Assembly: GCF_018350175.1 (NCBI RefSeq)
Contig: NC_058382.1
Location: forward strand, 59,274,001-59,338,000
DNA length: 64,000 bases
From: Felis catus
Taxonomy: Eukaryota
Direction of reading: 5' to 3'
The position numbers were made by a program, and so were the translations under genes. Numbering within the stretch: the first letter of the stretch is position 1; each line of letters starts with the position of its first letter. The notes under the pieces were generated by a model, which saw only the letters and a list, made by a program, of their open reading frames with translations, searched no databases and had not been told where the DNA came from. This document shows positions 10,121-23,370 of this stretch, in pieces.

Positions 10121-12719
10121 CCTCCGGGACACAGGGCGCCTCCCGGGGGAGAGGCCCGGATGGCACCTCACTGGGCAGGCAGGGAAGGTGCCAGCAACAG
10201 GGAAACGCTGAGTCACGGCACCTGAGTTCTGCTGACCTGATCTGTCCCAACACTTTCAGGAAAAACAATACACCCTCTTTGATCGACATCCAGGGCCACG
10301 ACGGGCTCAGGTTCAAAATCAACACATTCCCAACGTGTGGAAGCCCTTGGGTTCTGGGAAAGTGGGAGAAAAGGGCTTTTCTTCCTGGAGTTTATTTCAG
10401 ATTTCCCCTCCCATGTTGCCCAAGTGTCCTTGAGGGAAGCCACATGGCAGCAGGCGCCCAGCACACCCATTCAGGACACAACATTCCAGGAGAACGCTTG
10501 ACGAGAGACAGGGTCTGCAGCAGGACCTCAGCTGCCCCATTTGCAGACCGGGCTGGGCACACTGTCACACTGGAAGCTGTCACCGAGACCGGCTGCCATC
10601 ACACACCGGTGACCTGAGGCACAGAGTTCGCATCTCACCCCTACCACCACCACACGGACAAGAGTTAGCCCGAAACATCAAGTGCGCACCCGAGTGTGGA
10701 GAGAAGGGCTCGGACGCAAAAGACCTAGAAGCAGAAGAAGCCACGACAGGGCAGGAGTTCCCGGGGCCACACCAGTGAACTGTGGCCACAGCAATGCCCA
10801 GTGATCGTGGTCCCACCCTTAGGGCCCACAGCTTCCCTTGGAGCCCCTGAATAGAGCCTTGGGGCCCGGACAGGACCTTGGGGGTCCTCCACACAATACC
10901 CTCCTCTCTGCGCTCAAGCCATGTGCAGATGGGGAAACTGAGGCCCAGAGCAGTTAGGGGGCATTCCTGAATCCACAGGGTGATCAGAAAGCCCCTTAAA
11001 CCAGGTGGACCCAGGTCTTTCTCCCTGGGGCTGATGGCCCCTGGGACTTCTCTAACAGGAGTCAGAAAGGAAAGTTCACACAGGGAAGCAACCCTGATTT
11101 TTTGGTTCATTTCTGATGAAAAGGATTTCATATAGGAAGTTGGGAGGTGAATGCATATGCACAATAAACACACATGCACTCTCTCTGGGAGGCAAGAGGC
11201 CAGCTCTAATGATAATACATTTCCTGAGAACTTTCCACTTGCTCTGAAACACTTCTAATTATGTCTGGAGTCCTTCCTTCCTAACCCACAGGATGAGCTG
11301 GAATACGCAGCTCAGGAGTCTTATCTCGCGCACGGCAGCCCGGACTTGCGCCCAGGGCTCAGGACTCAGAGCAGGAGGGGAGCCCCAGCCCCCCGCAGGT
11401 GACCTGGCCAGTTATCCTCCTGGGCGGCCCTCGCCCAGCTATAAAGGGGAGACGGCAAGACCTGTGTCCACACGAGGGGGCCCTGGAAGGGCTCGGCGAC
11501 ACGGTGAGTGAGGACCCCCCCCCTGCCCGCCGGTGGCCCCCGGAGCGCCCGTTCCTCTTGCTGTGGTTCTGGAGAGGGTAGGCAACCAGGCGGCTCCCCC
11601 ACCATTTTCCTGACTGTTACGAGGCCGTGACGATCTTCTAAGGAACTCTCGGGAAGAGCTTCTCTTTCTCTTCCTCAAAGCCAAACGTTTCTTCGAGAAC
11701 ATACGGGCGTTTCGGCCAGCGTGTCCCCAACCATCTCACGGGGCGTCTGGCAGTTCCCAGACTGAAACGGAACTCGTCTCGCTTTACATAAATGATATTA
11801 TAATCAATCATAAATACAGGATGCCTATGTTTTCCATGTAAAACAGGAGGTGGTGCTGGAATCAGGGACAGCAGTGACCGAGCACAAGAACTCAGGGACA
11901 GGAAAGCCACCCAGCCTTGTCCCTGAGCCTGGAGTCAGGCCTCCGCGGTCTGGAGTTGTCAGCCCAGCCCTGACACCTGGACCTGGCCTCTCCAAGCTCT
12001 CCTGATGTGGCACATAGGGGCAAGGCCCTCGCCATGAGGTGACCGACGGCCACAGAAGCTCCACAGAGCTTGCCCGAGCATGGCTCCCACACAGATAGCC
12101 TGTGCTGTGCGTGCCCTGGCTCATTTATGCCTTCAGTAACTCTAGCAAGGGTGACTTTGTCAGTCCCTGGGGACAGATGAGGAAACCAAGACTGGGAGAG
12201 GCAAAGTCTCTCGTCCAAAGTCCTGGGACTAAGGACAGAAGATTCTGGAATCCTGTGTCTTAAAGGCCCCGTATGTATGTCTGCGTGCACCCCCCCCCCA
12301 GTGAGCTAGCCACAGAGTCAGGGAGCACTCTGTCCGTCTCTTTGCTCCTTTCAGTCCCGCAAATGCAGGTCCCAACACGCATCCACACTGGTGTGCTTTC
12401 TCCTCCCCCTTGCCCTGCCGGCCCCAGCCGCAGCTGATCACCTGACCACCCCGTGACAACGTGTGGGGAGATGCGTGGGGAAAAGGTGTCCCCACCTTTT
12501 CGGACACAGCCCTGACCCTCTCACATTCTCCTAAGATGGGGGTCTGTGCTCTCCGCTTGTGGGTGGGGTTGGTCCTCAGCATATGGCAGCCCTGGTGGGT
12601 TTCCCACCTCACCGAACTGGGGCCTCCTGTTCCAAGACTCATTTCTCTGCACCTCAGTGACCACAGCAACCCCAGGGTCTAGGACTGAGCCTGGCACGAG
12701 GCCAGCACGTACTATAGGA

Positions 12720-12908
12720 GCATGTGGGCTTGGGCACCAGACAGACCCACAGTCACTACCTGGCCACCTACTGGTGGTGTCTCCCAGGTGGCCTCACTTC
12801 ATTCCTCCAAGCTGTTTCCTCATCTTTAAAATGGGAAATATCATCACACATACTGGGGAATTAAATAGAACGGATAGGGCACTTAGCACTATGCCTGGGT
12901 GGTAGAAA
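12720..12908 (+). mobile_element. MIR SINE
   Basis: GTTTCCTCATCTTTAAAATGGGAATA..GGGAATTAAATAG..GCACTTAGCACTATGCCTGG. Confidence 0.7.
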
Positions 12909-12914
12909 ACACTG

Positions 12915-12958
12915 ATCATCATCACCATCATCACCGTCACCATCACCATCACCGTCAT
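12915..12958. repeat. (CAT/CAC)n degenerate trinucleotide repeat
   Basis: ATCATCATCACCATCATCACCGTCACCATCACCATCACCGTCAT read directly. Confidence 0.85.
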
Positions 12959-13120
12959 TTCTTCTGTAGATGCTCTGCCGAAAGACTTATTCTCACAGCA
13001 GCCACTGCAGCCTCGGTTTAGGGCCAGTCGTGAAGCAACCCAAAGCACGTCTGAAATCCGGCTTCCCCAGCTTCACGAGCCTGTTTAACTTAGCTAACTC
13101 ACTTGGACAATAGCAGGAGG

Positions 13121-13184
13121 AGGCCCAGAGTCAGGCCCAGAGACAGGCCCAGAGACAGGCCTCCAGACAGGAGGCCCAGAGAAC
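13121..13184. repeat. Degenerate 12-bp tandem repeat (AGGCCCAGAGAC)x~5
   Basis: AGGCCCAGAGTC AGGCCCAGAGAC AGGCCCAGAGAC AGGCCTCCAGAC AGGAGGCCCAGAG. Confidence 0.85.
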
Positions 13185-13869
13185 AGCCAGCACCCTGTGT
13201 GCTCCCATTCCTCGGGGTCCCGCCATGCAGTCTGGGGCAGGTGGGTGGATTTTAGCAACACCACCCTTTCCCCGTCTCCACAATGAGGATCCCCAACCGG
13301 CCAGCCGAGCCAGGGTGTGGTAAGAATTACTCACTTTGCGGCCTCCTTTAAGACCCGCGCCAGGAAGTGAAGAAGTCACTACGGAGGCTCCTGTCCAGAA
13401 AGGGAACATTTTCTTCCCACTTGTGAGCTCAGCGTGTCCTCCACCAGGATGAGAACCCGCGCCAGCCAACAGGCTGTGCCAGGGGGTCAGGACCGTTTAG
13501 ATCACAAGCATGGGGATGGGAGGCAGGGATGTACCCACATTTCCGATGACCGGTGGTCATTGCTGAATGTCTCCATTGCAGCAGCAGCTAAAGATTTTCT
13601 AATCCCTGAAGAATGTTTATGACGGGAGAGATGCCCTCAACCTGTTTGCCTTCCCTCCAAAAGCCACCTTCAGCATGGAACTTATGTCATTCTTGGCAGA
13701 GGACGTGGCAAGTTTTTACGAGTGATGCCTACCCAAGGAAGTGGTTGTTATACCTGTTTCTCTGAAAAGGGACCCAAGCCCAGATAAGCCAAGCGTCACT
13801 CGAGAGCTGGACGATGTTCGCCGGAGCACTCGGGCCTTGATCTGACCTCTGCTTGAATCCAGTCTTTTG

Positions 13870-14092
13870 AAATATGTAATGGTTGACATTTGTTGAGGGT
13901 GTGCTCGGGGCCAAGCCTTTGGCTAACGGCTTCACACACATTATCAGGTTTGCTCTTCGTAACAACCCGGTAAGTTAAAATGTTCAACGTGCGGATGAGG
14001 AAAGCAAGACCGAGAGAAGTTCCATAATTCACCCGAAGTCACTCAGCTAATGAGAGGAAGGTAGGATTCAAGGCCGGGAAATCTCTCCCCAG
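13870..14092 (-). mobile_element. MIR SINE
   Basis: ACATTTGTTGAGGG..TCTTCGTAACAACCC..GGATGAGGAAAGCAAGACCGAGAGAAGTT..GTCACTCAGCTAATG..GGATTCAAG. Confidence 0.65.
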
Positions 14093-15049
14093 AACCCCCA
14101 TCACTGGTCACCATAATCTTTGGTCTGGGCTGGTCTGGGACTGTCCCCACCCACCTCCCACGGCTTTGTACGTCGGGGCACCACATTTCCCAGCTCCTTC
14201 TGGGCAAGCTCAGCCAACAACGGGAGGCACTGGCAGACAAGTGCAGGGAGGGAGGAGGGGAAAAGCGGGGGCACTGCTCCTTCCCTCTCTCCACGCGTCT
14301 CCTCCACGGCTCTAGCTCCTGTGGGAATGCGCCTCCCTCCGTGGTCCCTGCTCCCACCGTGGAGGACCACCGAGGTGTCAGCCTCCACCAGGTGGCCGTG
14401 GCTCCTGGGTTCCGTGCCCCGCCGGCCCCAGGAGTGCTGCTGCTTCTCTACTCTTGCTAACCCTCGTGGCTCCCCACGACCCCCGCTTGATGTCTGCACA
14501 CGCTCGCCACCTGTAAGACCACATCTCTGTACCCAGAGTGGCTCCTGTTGTGCAGAAGGGACGCAGTGCTCAGGGGAAAAACGGGTGGTAGAGAATGTGG
14601 ACCTCGGTGAGTGCAGACTGCCTCCTTGGCATCTCACCGCGTGCCTCACAGACATCCGTCGGCTCACCGCACCCTCGCAACGGAACCTCGCGGGCAGGCA
14701 CTCTCCTTGGCCACGCTTTACGGAGGGGGAAAGTCAACTCGGTAGGTCTAAGCAACTTGCCCAACTGAGAGACAGCGGAGACTCAGACCTCACTCTTCTT
14801 GGTGACAAATCCGGAGCTCTTGCCCCTGTGCCCTGCTGCGGCCCCAAATCCCCAGCCTGCCAGCTCCCTTCTGCTGCCTCCCAGGAGGGCAGGAGCTGTC
14901 TGTGCTCCCCCACCTGACAAAAGCCAGCCCCGACTGCTATTCTGGGCCACCTTCTGTCTTCTGTCGCCTGGGATTCTGACCGCTTTTGCACTCCTGGGCC
15001 TTTCATGGCCGCACGGTGAGGCCTGAGCCTGACGCCCTGCTCTGGCAGG

Positions 15050-15725
15050 CCCAGATTTATGGCTTTGTTATTACTGTGTTTTGGAGTTTTTACAGCCCCA
15101 CGCTCCCTGGAGAATCCCAGCGCGTTCTCTAGGACGTATCAGTCAGACGGCGGAGGAAATATCCAAAATGCTGGGAACATCCTGTGTCATAGCGTCCCCC
15201 CCTCCCCACCGGCCCCCAGGTACCGGCGGCCTTTTGTTTGCAGCCAGAGGGAGGAGGAAACTGATAAAGGGCAGGAGCTGGGGGGGGGGGGGGGCGGCAG
15301 CCGGCACCTCTGGTGCCCCGGTTTGTCCGTCCCCGTGACAATGTCCCCAGCTTCCTGACCACAACAGTCATCGCCGTGGGCCCTCTGACGTGCAGCCAGG
15401 GCCCGGGCTGGAGCGAGCCCCTCTTAATGAGCCCGCACTCGCTCAGGACAGATTGCTGACTTCGCAAGGAGCCTGTGCGCTCGCCAGCAGGGTCCGGCGG
15501 AGTTTTGCCCACGTAGGAAACAAGGCCCCATTGTCCCGCTGCTGACCCTCCCCCGCTGCCCGCCTCTCTCCCAGAATCCTCCGGGCGGCGGCTCGCTCGG
15601 AGAATTTAGGCCTAAATTCCAACGGGGGACGTGTGGGAGGGGAGAAATGAGCCGGGCCAGCAGGAACAAGGCAGCAAAGAGGACAGCACTGCCTAGGATT
15701 GCAGTTTGGGCCTATTTTTAACAAA
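15050..15725. promoter_or_regulatory. Candidate enhancer (HOX/PBX-like, paired SOX, MEF2, 18-bp palindrome)
   Basis: AGATTTATGG (15053), ACAAGG-CCC-CATTGT (15520-15534), GAATTTAGGCCTAAATTC (15602-15619), CTATTTTTAA (15712-15721). Confidence 0.4.
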
Positions 15726-18700
15726 TACACACACCTAAAAATAACAAAATAAATAACGAAATGAGATACAGAAAGGTCTGGAACAATACAGCTACACTGT
15801 GGGAGGGTAGTTTTCTCTGATCAGTAGGGTCAGTTCATTTTTTTTTCCTTTAGACTGTTCTATACCATCAGAACGAGAATTTCTTAATGAGCATCTATCA
15901 CGTTTTTATAGAAAAAATAGTTGCTTTGATTTCAGAAGCGTAACACTGATTATTTCCTTAATTCGAGCCCCTGACGCCAGGGGGAAAAGGTGTTCCGGAG
16001 GCGTGTGCGTGGGCCGGTTTCTTGGTCCGAGCCCGTGCGCCGGCCCAGCCGCTGCCTGGTCCCCCACAGACGGAGGAATGGCCCTCACAGGCCCGCCCTG
16101 GGGCCCATCTCCCTCTGCAGCCCGGCACCGGGGAGCCTCCAGGCCAGGAGCGGCAGGGGAGGCCAGCCAGGTCAGCCCCACACGCGGCAGGGGGCAAGGT
16201 GCTCCCAGGGACCCCCAGGCCAGGCCTCGCGGACAGCCCTGCGTCCGCCAGCCCACCCCCGGGCTCCGTGGTCCCAGGCCGGCCCGGGGCGGGGGGTGGG
16301 CAGTGGATGGACAGGGACAGAGGCAGCAGGGCCTCCAGCTCCTAAGTAGAGGCCACCCAGAGACTGGGCCCCCATGTCCCACCCTGAGAAACAAATGTGA
16401 CCTGTCCTCTGACCTCCAGCTGGCCCCCATCTCCCCTCTGACCCACCCCCAAACCCAGGCCGTCTGAGTGCTCCCTGCAGACAGCCGCGAGGCCACGCCC
16501 GGGCCTCCGAGTGCAGGGTTTGGGCCTCCCCAGTGTGGGCCGCTGCTAAAAACACACCGCTATTGACGGGCGACATGTGGAGGGCTGTTTTCGGTGTTGG
16601 CAAAGCACAGTGGAGCCATTCATAATTCTAGCGTTAAGGGGCAGAAGAAATGGCCCCCTGTGGTGACAGATGTCCCCACGTCCAGACTGCAGTCTGACCG
16701 GGGATTGGAGCTGCTGCATGGCGTCTGTGACGCCGGGCTGCACGCAGGCGGCCTCCCCGTGGGTGCAGTCCCGCCCTGGACGGCCCCCGAAGACGCGCGG
16801 GCAGCGGGCAGCGAGCCCCAGGGCTCCGAGCGGAGGCACCTGCTCCACCTCACCCGGCTCACCCGACAGCCCCGGCACAAGGGACGGCCGTTCCCACCCC
16901 GCGGGGGGGGACTGAAGCCACGCTTCCCGGTCCACGGGCTCGGCAACCACAGCCGTAACGGCAGCTCACGGCGCCACTTGAATCCATAAAAGCCTCTGAG
17001 AAGGGAGGAAGGGAAGGAAGCTAGGAGCCCAACGGACACGAGGGATTTTCTGTTCCTCCCGCCATCGTGAGGGTTAGGAATTATTAGAACTGCCCTCCAG
17101 AGAGGAGACCCAGGGATGCCGAGCAGGCTGTCCGAGGGCACGACCGCCCGCAACTGGCAGGACGCGGACAGGCTCGTCTGATTGTGCCTCCCCCCTCGAT
17201 AATGCAATCGTGCGGAGGAAGGAGAGGGCGAGGGTCCTTGCCGTGGGCCCATGAGCCAAAACGGCACCTACCCAGCCCTCCAAATTAAGCACGATACGGG
17301 TTAGAATACAGGATTCTGCTCCGAAGGGCTCAACATTTTTTCTTCCATTGAACAATCGGGAAATACGCAGCTACAGGGAGATCGGCGCGGATGGGTGGGT
17401 GGGTTGAGGGAGCCAGGGGTCCAAGTGGCCTCCTGCAACAGGGCAAAGCTAGAGTCCGGACGGGGGCCCTAGCCGCTCCCGCCATCCCGCTCCATCCGCG
17501 AGGAGCCCTTGCACACCCCCCTCGATAACTCCTGACGGGTGACCACGGAGCTCCCCTCGGCTTTCCTTGTACCGCCTTCATTGCCGTCGTCCGCGCCGTG
17601 AACGCCAGAGGCTCACGTATTCAGGGAACGGGGTTTGAAAACCTTCCGGTAGGAAAGTGCAGACCTCTGAGACCTCAGGCGTCTCACGCTGGGACCAGGG
17701 ACTCACAGCTTCGGCACGCGCATGACCCTTCCGGGTTTTCAGTGGTAGCGCTGGCGTGGCGGCCGTGGCCTCGGGCCTGTGACCCAGAGGGGTGTGGCCA
17801 GGGCCCACACTCCCCTGGGGAAGTCACTGCAGGTGTCTGAGCTCCCGCTTCCCCTTCTGTGCAAGGAGGCAACTAGACGGACCGGAAGATGGTCCTTTCC
17901 GAGTGGAAAATCCAGTAGTTCTGTCGGTTTGGTTGAAGGTCTCTCGGCCCATAACAGACTCGAAAGAGGAGGCGAGTGGAGGGGACACGGCCAGCCGCAG
18001 GGACACCACCAAAAGCACCAGGGCACAGAAGCTGAGCTGGCGGCCCATCTCCGTGCTGTCGTGTGGCCCCGAGCCAGCCCCGCAACGGGCCTCATCCTCT
18101 GTCTCCGCGTGAATCAGGGTAACGATGCCGACTTCCCAGAGGGGGCTGTGAGGGTGAGAGGGAACAGGCCAGAAATGCCAGCACAGCGGGCCCCTGGCCC
18201 CGAGCGAGTGCTCGAGTCTTGGAACACGATGGAAGAGTGGCATTCAGCCGTCACCAAACTTCACGGAGGCGAGGGAACACCACGGGCCCTGGGGCTCTTA
18301 CACGCGGAGGAGAGATGCCAAGCCTCGTGTGACCCAGCCCCTCCCCGGCCACCTGGATCCGGCAGGCAGTCAGCCCCCGCGAGCCCCTCTCCTCACCGGA
18401 ACACCCAGGAGTGGGGCGGGACGTCAGCACCCACTGCAGCTGGCACCGGATGCAAACCCCTGGAACGTGGCGCTCAGACTTCTGTCATCGCAGCACGAGC
18501 CGCCCGCACGCCCGCCCCTGGGGCTGCCCCTCCCTGGAGGATGGGTAGCCACGTGGGAAGGTCAGCTCAGTGAGGACGAGCCTGGCCCCGTGGCCCTCCT
18601 CCCTCCAGTGCACTGACCGACGACATCAGCCTGTTCTCGCCGGGCCTCTTGCCCACCGCGGAAGGTCCCAGGCTCGTCTGCTGTGGAACGCCACAGAGAC

Positions 18701-18824
18701 GAGGGCGTCTGTGTGCATTTGATGGGAGACCCTGTCCGAGGATGCCAGTCTGTCGGCCCATGCCCTGATAGGAAGCCGTGCCCGGACGCGAGGCGAGAAC
18801 ACAGAGATGCATCCTGAAAGACTC

Positions 18825-18846
18825 GGCACGGCACGGCACGGCACGG
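18825..18846. repeat. (CGGCA)n pentanucleotide repeat
   Basis: CGGCACGGCACGGCACGGCACG read directly. Confidence 0.85.
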
Positions 18847-21007
18847 TTCGTTGTGAAAACAAAAGCGGGAGGTGGGGGCTCGAGGAGAAACCGCGGCTCT
18901 GTGGGGTTTGCCGCGAACACCCAGAAACAGCACACATTTGCAGTGTCGGTCCGAGGGCAACATTCTGGGTGACAAACGCTTTGCAACTCGTGATGGCGGT
19001 AAAGCACGCCCAGGGCAAAACACACCTGTCTAAGCCGCAGCCCAGTGACTGGGCCACCCAAGCGTGCATGTGATGCGCGCACGTCACGTTCAGACACGCA
19101 GGGCGGAGGTGGCCCCGAGCCTCTTCGGCGTTAGTGTCACTCTCACGAATGTATTTTCATTCTCTGCCCCCACCGAGGTCGGCCCCTAATGGGGCCGTGC
19201 CCCCCACATGGTAGCGCGTGCCCTCATGCTTTCCCGCACACGCGGAAGACCACAGGCTGTGTCCCCAGCCCAACCAGGGCCCCCCAGGGGCAGGACCACC
19301 CCCAGCCTGGCCTCGGTTCCGCTCTGCAGAGGCCAGCCGCCTTCCAAGAAGGGGACGTGGCCGTCCTGAGCCAGCCCGCCTGTCAGCCGGGCGGCAAACG
19401 GGAGCCACCCCTCGCCTGCTCTCTCCCATCGCGGAGGCCCAGCCGGGCGGGACGCGGGGAAGATTTATCAGCCCCTCAGCCCTGTTAAAAGCATTCTGTC
19501 AAAGAATTTGAAAAACGCGTCTCATATTCAGCGTTCGGAGACAGCTATTCCCTGTGAGAAGGGCGATGGATGTAAAACACATCAGTCCTGCAGCGGCTGT
19601 CCAACAGCCGGGAGATCTGTCCTGACAGACGGGGGCCACGGAGGCCAGGTGGCCTGGCGGGGAGAGGGCTCCTGCTCAGCCCTGCATCCCCCACGGGGCC
19701 AGGGGACGTGCGGGGGGGGGGGGGGGGGCCAAGACGTGGCTCTGGGAACAGGGTGGACAGAGCACCTAGAGGGGATGCAGCTGGGAAGAGGGAGGCGTGG
19801 GACGCAGCCTCAGAAACTCAGTCCTTGGTTTCCACCGTGAGCCACGGAAAAGGGGGCACGTGGCTGGCAGGAAGCGGCTTCCGGGGCCACCTTCGCTCCG
19901 AAAGCCGGTGCTAAGCAGGCAGTGGCCCTGCTGCCCTGGGGAGGACAGGCTCCCCATCCCGGTCTGTGCGCCCCGCCCTCCGGCAAGGGTTCCACAAGTG
20001 TGAGGGAGAGGGCTCTGAAACACACACGTGTGCAAAGGCTGCTGCGGCACTGCTGCCCGTCTCTCCTGAAAAGCCCCGGGGCCCCGGCCAGTCCCTCAGC
20101 CTGGGCCTCGCTGTGCTTGTCCCACTTCATTGTGGCCCAGACATCGCCTGCCCTGACAAGCCTCCCCCGTCACACACTCTACGGAGGCGCCCCCGACATC
20201 ACAGCCGCGAATGTGTACATTTGTGCACACATGCAGGGGTGCACGTGAGCACAGGCACACACAGCCATGTGTGCGTGGAGACAGGCGTGTGCACACTCAC
20301 GTACACACCACACTTCAGCGAGGTGACTAGGAGATAGGACTCTCCCGCCCTGCCTCGTGACCTGGGGTAGCTGAGTTGACCCCTCTGTGCCTCAGTGTGC
20401 CCGTAAGTGAAGCAGTGAACGGTAACACTGTCCACTTGCTACGACTGTTGGGAAGGGTGTCGGATGAGGTAGCGGGGGACAGGACCTCGCGGAGTTAGGA
20501 CACCGTGAGAGGCAGTTGCCAGCACCCCTGTGGCAACGGTCTCCAAAATCACTGTTGCTGCTCATTCCCTTTCCCCTCAACTGCCTCCCTCCCTGGCAGG
20601 TGGGGCCCCGGGAGCAGTCTGGCCCGTAGTGCCTGGCAGAGCGCACGGTGGGGAGAGGCGCTCCCCCCAGTGGGATGATGCCCAGAGGGATGAAGGGTCC
20701 CCTCGGCCGCCTCCCCTGGAGCCCGGCGACACCCGCTGGCGTGGAGGCCGGAGGCAGCTCTCCACGCAGGCAGGTGCGAGCGGCCCCCTGTGCACCAGGC
20801 ACGGGCCAGCCCGAGTCCTCATTTCATCCTTGCATCCAGACCGCCAGGGGGGCCCTCTGATGGCCACGTTGCAGACAGAGGGGAACGGAAGCCCAGAGAG
20901 GGGGAGTAAACTAGACAAAGTACCACAGCGCAAAGCAGGAATGACTGTCTTGCAGCCCGACGTGTTCCTCCTGCAATGGGGCCTCGAAGATGCTGTCCTC
21001 TTTCTGT

Positions 21008-21231
21008 ATTTTTTAAAAACTTTTTAAGCGTTTTTATTTATTCTTGAGAGACAGTGAGAGACAGAACACGAGCAGGGGAGGGGCAGAGAGAGGGAGTCAC
21101 AGATTCCGAAGCAGGCTCCAGGCTCCGAGCCGTCGGCACAGAGTCCGACTCGGGGCTCGAACTCACGGACCGTGAGATCGTGACCTGAGCTGAAGTCAGA
21201 CGCTCAACTGACCGAGCCACCCAGGCGCCCC
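21008..21231 (-). mobile_element. Felid Can-SINE (SINEC_Fc-like, tRNA-derived), full length
   Basis: The reverse complement reads GGGGCGCCTGGGTGGCTCGGTCAGTTGAGCGTCTGACTTCAGCTCAGGTCACGATCTC..GAGCCTGGAGCCTGCTTCGGAATCTG, followed by a (CT)n tract, AATAAA and an A tail. Confidence 0.97.
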
Positions 21232-22274
21232 GAAACTGCCCTCCTTTTAATGAGGCTCCTGTCACACGTGAACAGCTTTCTGTCCATTTCCTCACTGAAC
21301 CTCACAACGACCCTCCTGGCAGGTGTTTCTATGACCTCTGTCTTACCCGAGTTCGCGAGGCTCAGGTGATGTCCTCAGAGCTGCCAGGAGCCACAGGTCG
21401 CGGCAGAGCCCAATTCAAACAAGAACGGAGCCTGGGCTATGACCTTCCTTACTGTCACAGCAGAATCCCCCCCATGAGATGGGGAAACTGAGGCTCAGAG
21501 AGGGAAGCCGGCAGGCCCAGTCCCGGGCCCCAGGCCGTCGGGCACGGGCAGGGACGCAAGCTGGATGGTGCTGACTACGGTATCCGTCCTGCCATACCCA
21601 GGGTGTCAGCTGCACATCTGGCAATTCTGGCCCAAGTCTCGCGGGGACAGCACACCCCGCTTTGCACAGTCCGAGCTGAGAAGCAGATTCACGGCCACAC
21701 CCCCTTTCCAACTTCTCCCCGTGGCTGCCTGAGGACCGGCTCCCTGCCCCACTCGGCCTTCGTGCTGAAGGCACACGGACACGGCTTCCAGTGGAGCCCC
21801 CCACGCGCTCAGCACCCAGGGGCTGCCCCAGAGCCGTGGGTTAGTGGGGATGGCAGCAAGAAGCTGCTCACTCTGTCCCCCACACAGACCAGAGCGGCTC
21901 GAGTGACACTCTTAGAACCGCTCCTCGGTCAGAATCACCGGACGGCCAGATCCCAGGAATCTGCCTGCGTGCAGGAATCAGACCCACATTTCGCTGCCCA
22001 CACTCAGGACCCGGAGGGTCTCTCGGATTAAGGTTTACGAGGTGGCTTCTGGATTTGATTACAAGGAAATCTGTTCCCCATCTCAACCCTTCAACTCTCC
22101 TTGCCCTCAACTGCAGGAATGTGATGCTGGCTGATTTCTCAGCAACTCCCTCGCTTCTCACAGACAGCAGACGATGAGCCAACATTCTGCCTCACATGTG
22201 CAACTCACGAACCACGGTGCAATTCCGAGAGACGGTCAGACTTCTGGACCTCTAAATAGGTGAGATGTGAGGGC

Positions 22275-22706
22275 CAAATCACCACAAACTGAGGGAGGCG
22301 GGCTTAACACAACAGGAATTTATTCCCTCACTGTTCCGGAGGCCAAAAGTCCACAGTCAAGGTGTCATCAAGGTCACTACGCTCCCTTCAGAGGCTCCAG
22401 GGGAGGATCCTTCCCGCCTCTTCCAGCTCCTGGGGGCTCCAGGCGTCCCCAGGCTGTGGCCACGTCCCTCATTTCTCTGCCTCCAGCCTCACGTTGTCTC
22501 TCCCCATGGGTGTCTCTCCCTGTGTCTCTCATAAGACACCCGTCATGGGGTTTAGGGCCCGGTCAGTGATCCAGGCTGGTCTCGTCCCAAGACCCAAGGT
22601 TCATCACATCTGCAAAGACCCTATTTCCAAATAAGGTCACGTTCACAAGTTCTGGGGACAAGGATGTGGATGTACCTTTTCAGGGGACAACATTCAAACC
22701 TCTACA
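22275..22706 (-). mobile_element. MaLR solo LTR (MLT1B-like)
   Basis: ACCACAAACT..GGCTTAACACAACAGGAATTTATTCCCTCAC, CTTCCAGCTCCTGGGGGCTCC, ACATCTGCAAAGACCCTATTTCCAAATAAGGTCAC and terminal CATTCAAACCTCTACA. Confidence 0.88.
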
Positions 22707-22711
22707 GTGTT

Positions 22712-23370
22712 TTCTTCTTTCTTCTGAGCAAGTGCATGAAGGACCATCACCCGGCCAGGCTGGCCCTGGGGAGGCACAGAGCCGGCAGGGGTAGGGGCTC
22801 TAGTCTCAGCACTGCCCCCTCCCCCCCCGCAACCCTGCACTCTCAGGAGAACTTGGTCCTGGTCACCACCCTCCCTGTTCTCAGAACTGCCGATGCAGCA
22901 AGAACCATAACCGACTGAGGCCTGGCCAGTGAGGGAGTCAGACAGTAAACAAACCCGAGAATAAATGGGTAAATAAATATGCCATGTGGTGATAAAACTC
23001 TTTGAAGACAAATATAGCAGGGATGTGGGACAGAGAATAAAGCAGTAAGAGGGCCACTTTAGATAGAACACTCATGACAGAGCTGCAGAGGTCAAGATGT
23101 GGGTCCTGAAAACAGGGTTCTTGCAGAAGAGGGAACCGCCGTGCAAAGGCCCGGGGGTAGGTGTGCACTTGGGAGTGTTTGTGGAGCAGCAAGGAGGTCA
23201 AGTGGGGTCAGAGAGATGATGAGGCAGATAATGCAGGGCCCCGGAGGCCCAGGGAGGGTTCTGGAATTTTCTCAAACTATTCACGGAAGCCGCTGGCAGG
23301 GTTCCAACAATCAGTGGTAGAGGTGAATTTGCCTTTAAGGGGATCACTCTGGATGGGGAGTGGACAGTAG
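22712..23370 (-). mobile_element. L2 LINE fragment
   Basis: GACAGTAAACAA, GAGGGAACCGCCGTGCAAAGGCCCGGGG, GGAGCAGCAAGGAGG, GGAAGCCGCTGGCAGGGTT and GGATCACTCTGG are antisense L2 landmarks. Confidence 0.7.

Noticed and set aside
11395..11465. GC-box plus TATA (GGGCGG..CTATAAAG) promoter
   Set aside because: It aligns to a degenerate MIR core (GTGACC..CAGTTA..TAAA.GGGGA), so it is probably coincidental.
16650..16668. CTCF site (TGGCCCCCTGTGGTG)
   Set aside because: The spacing is one base off the CTCF core, giving a poor match.
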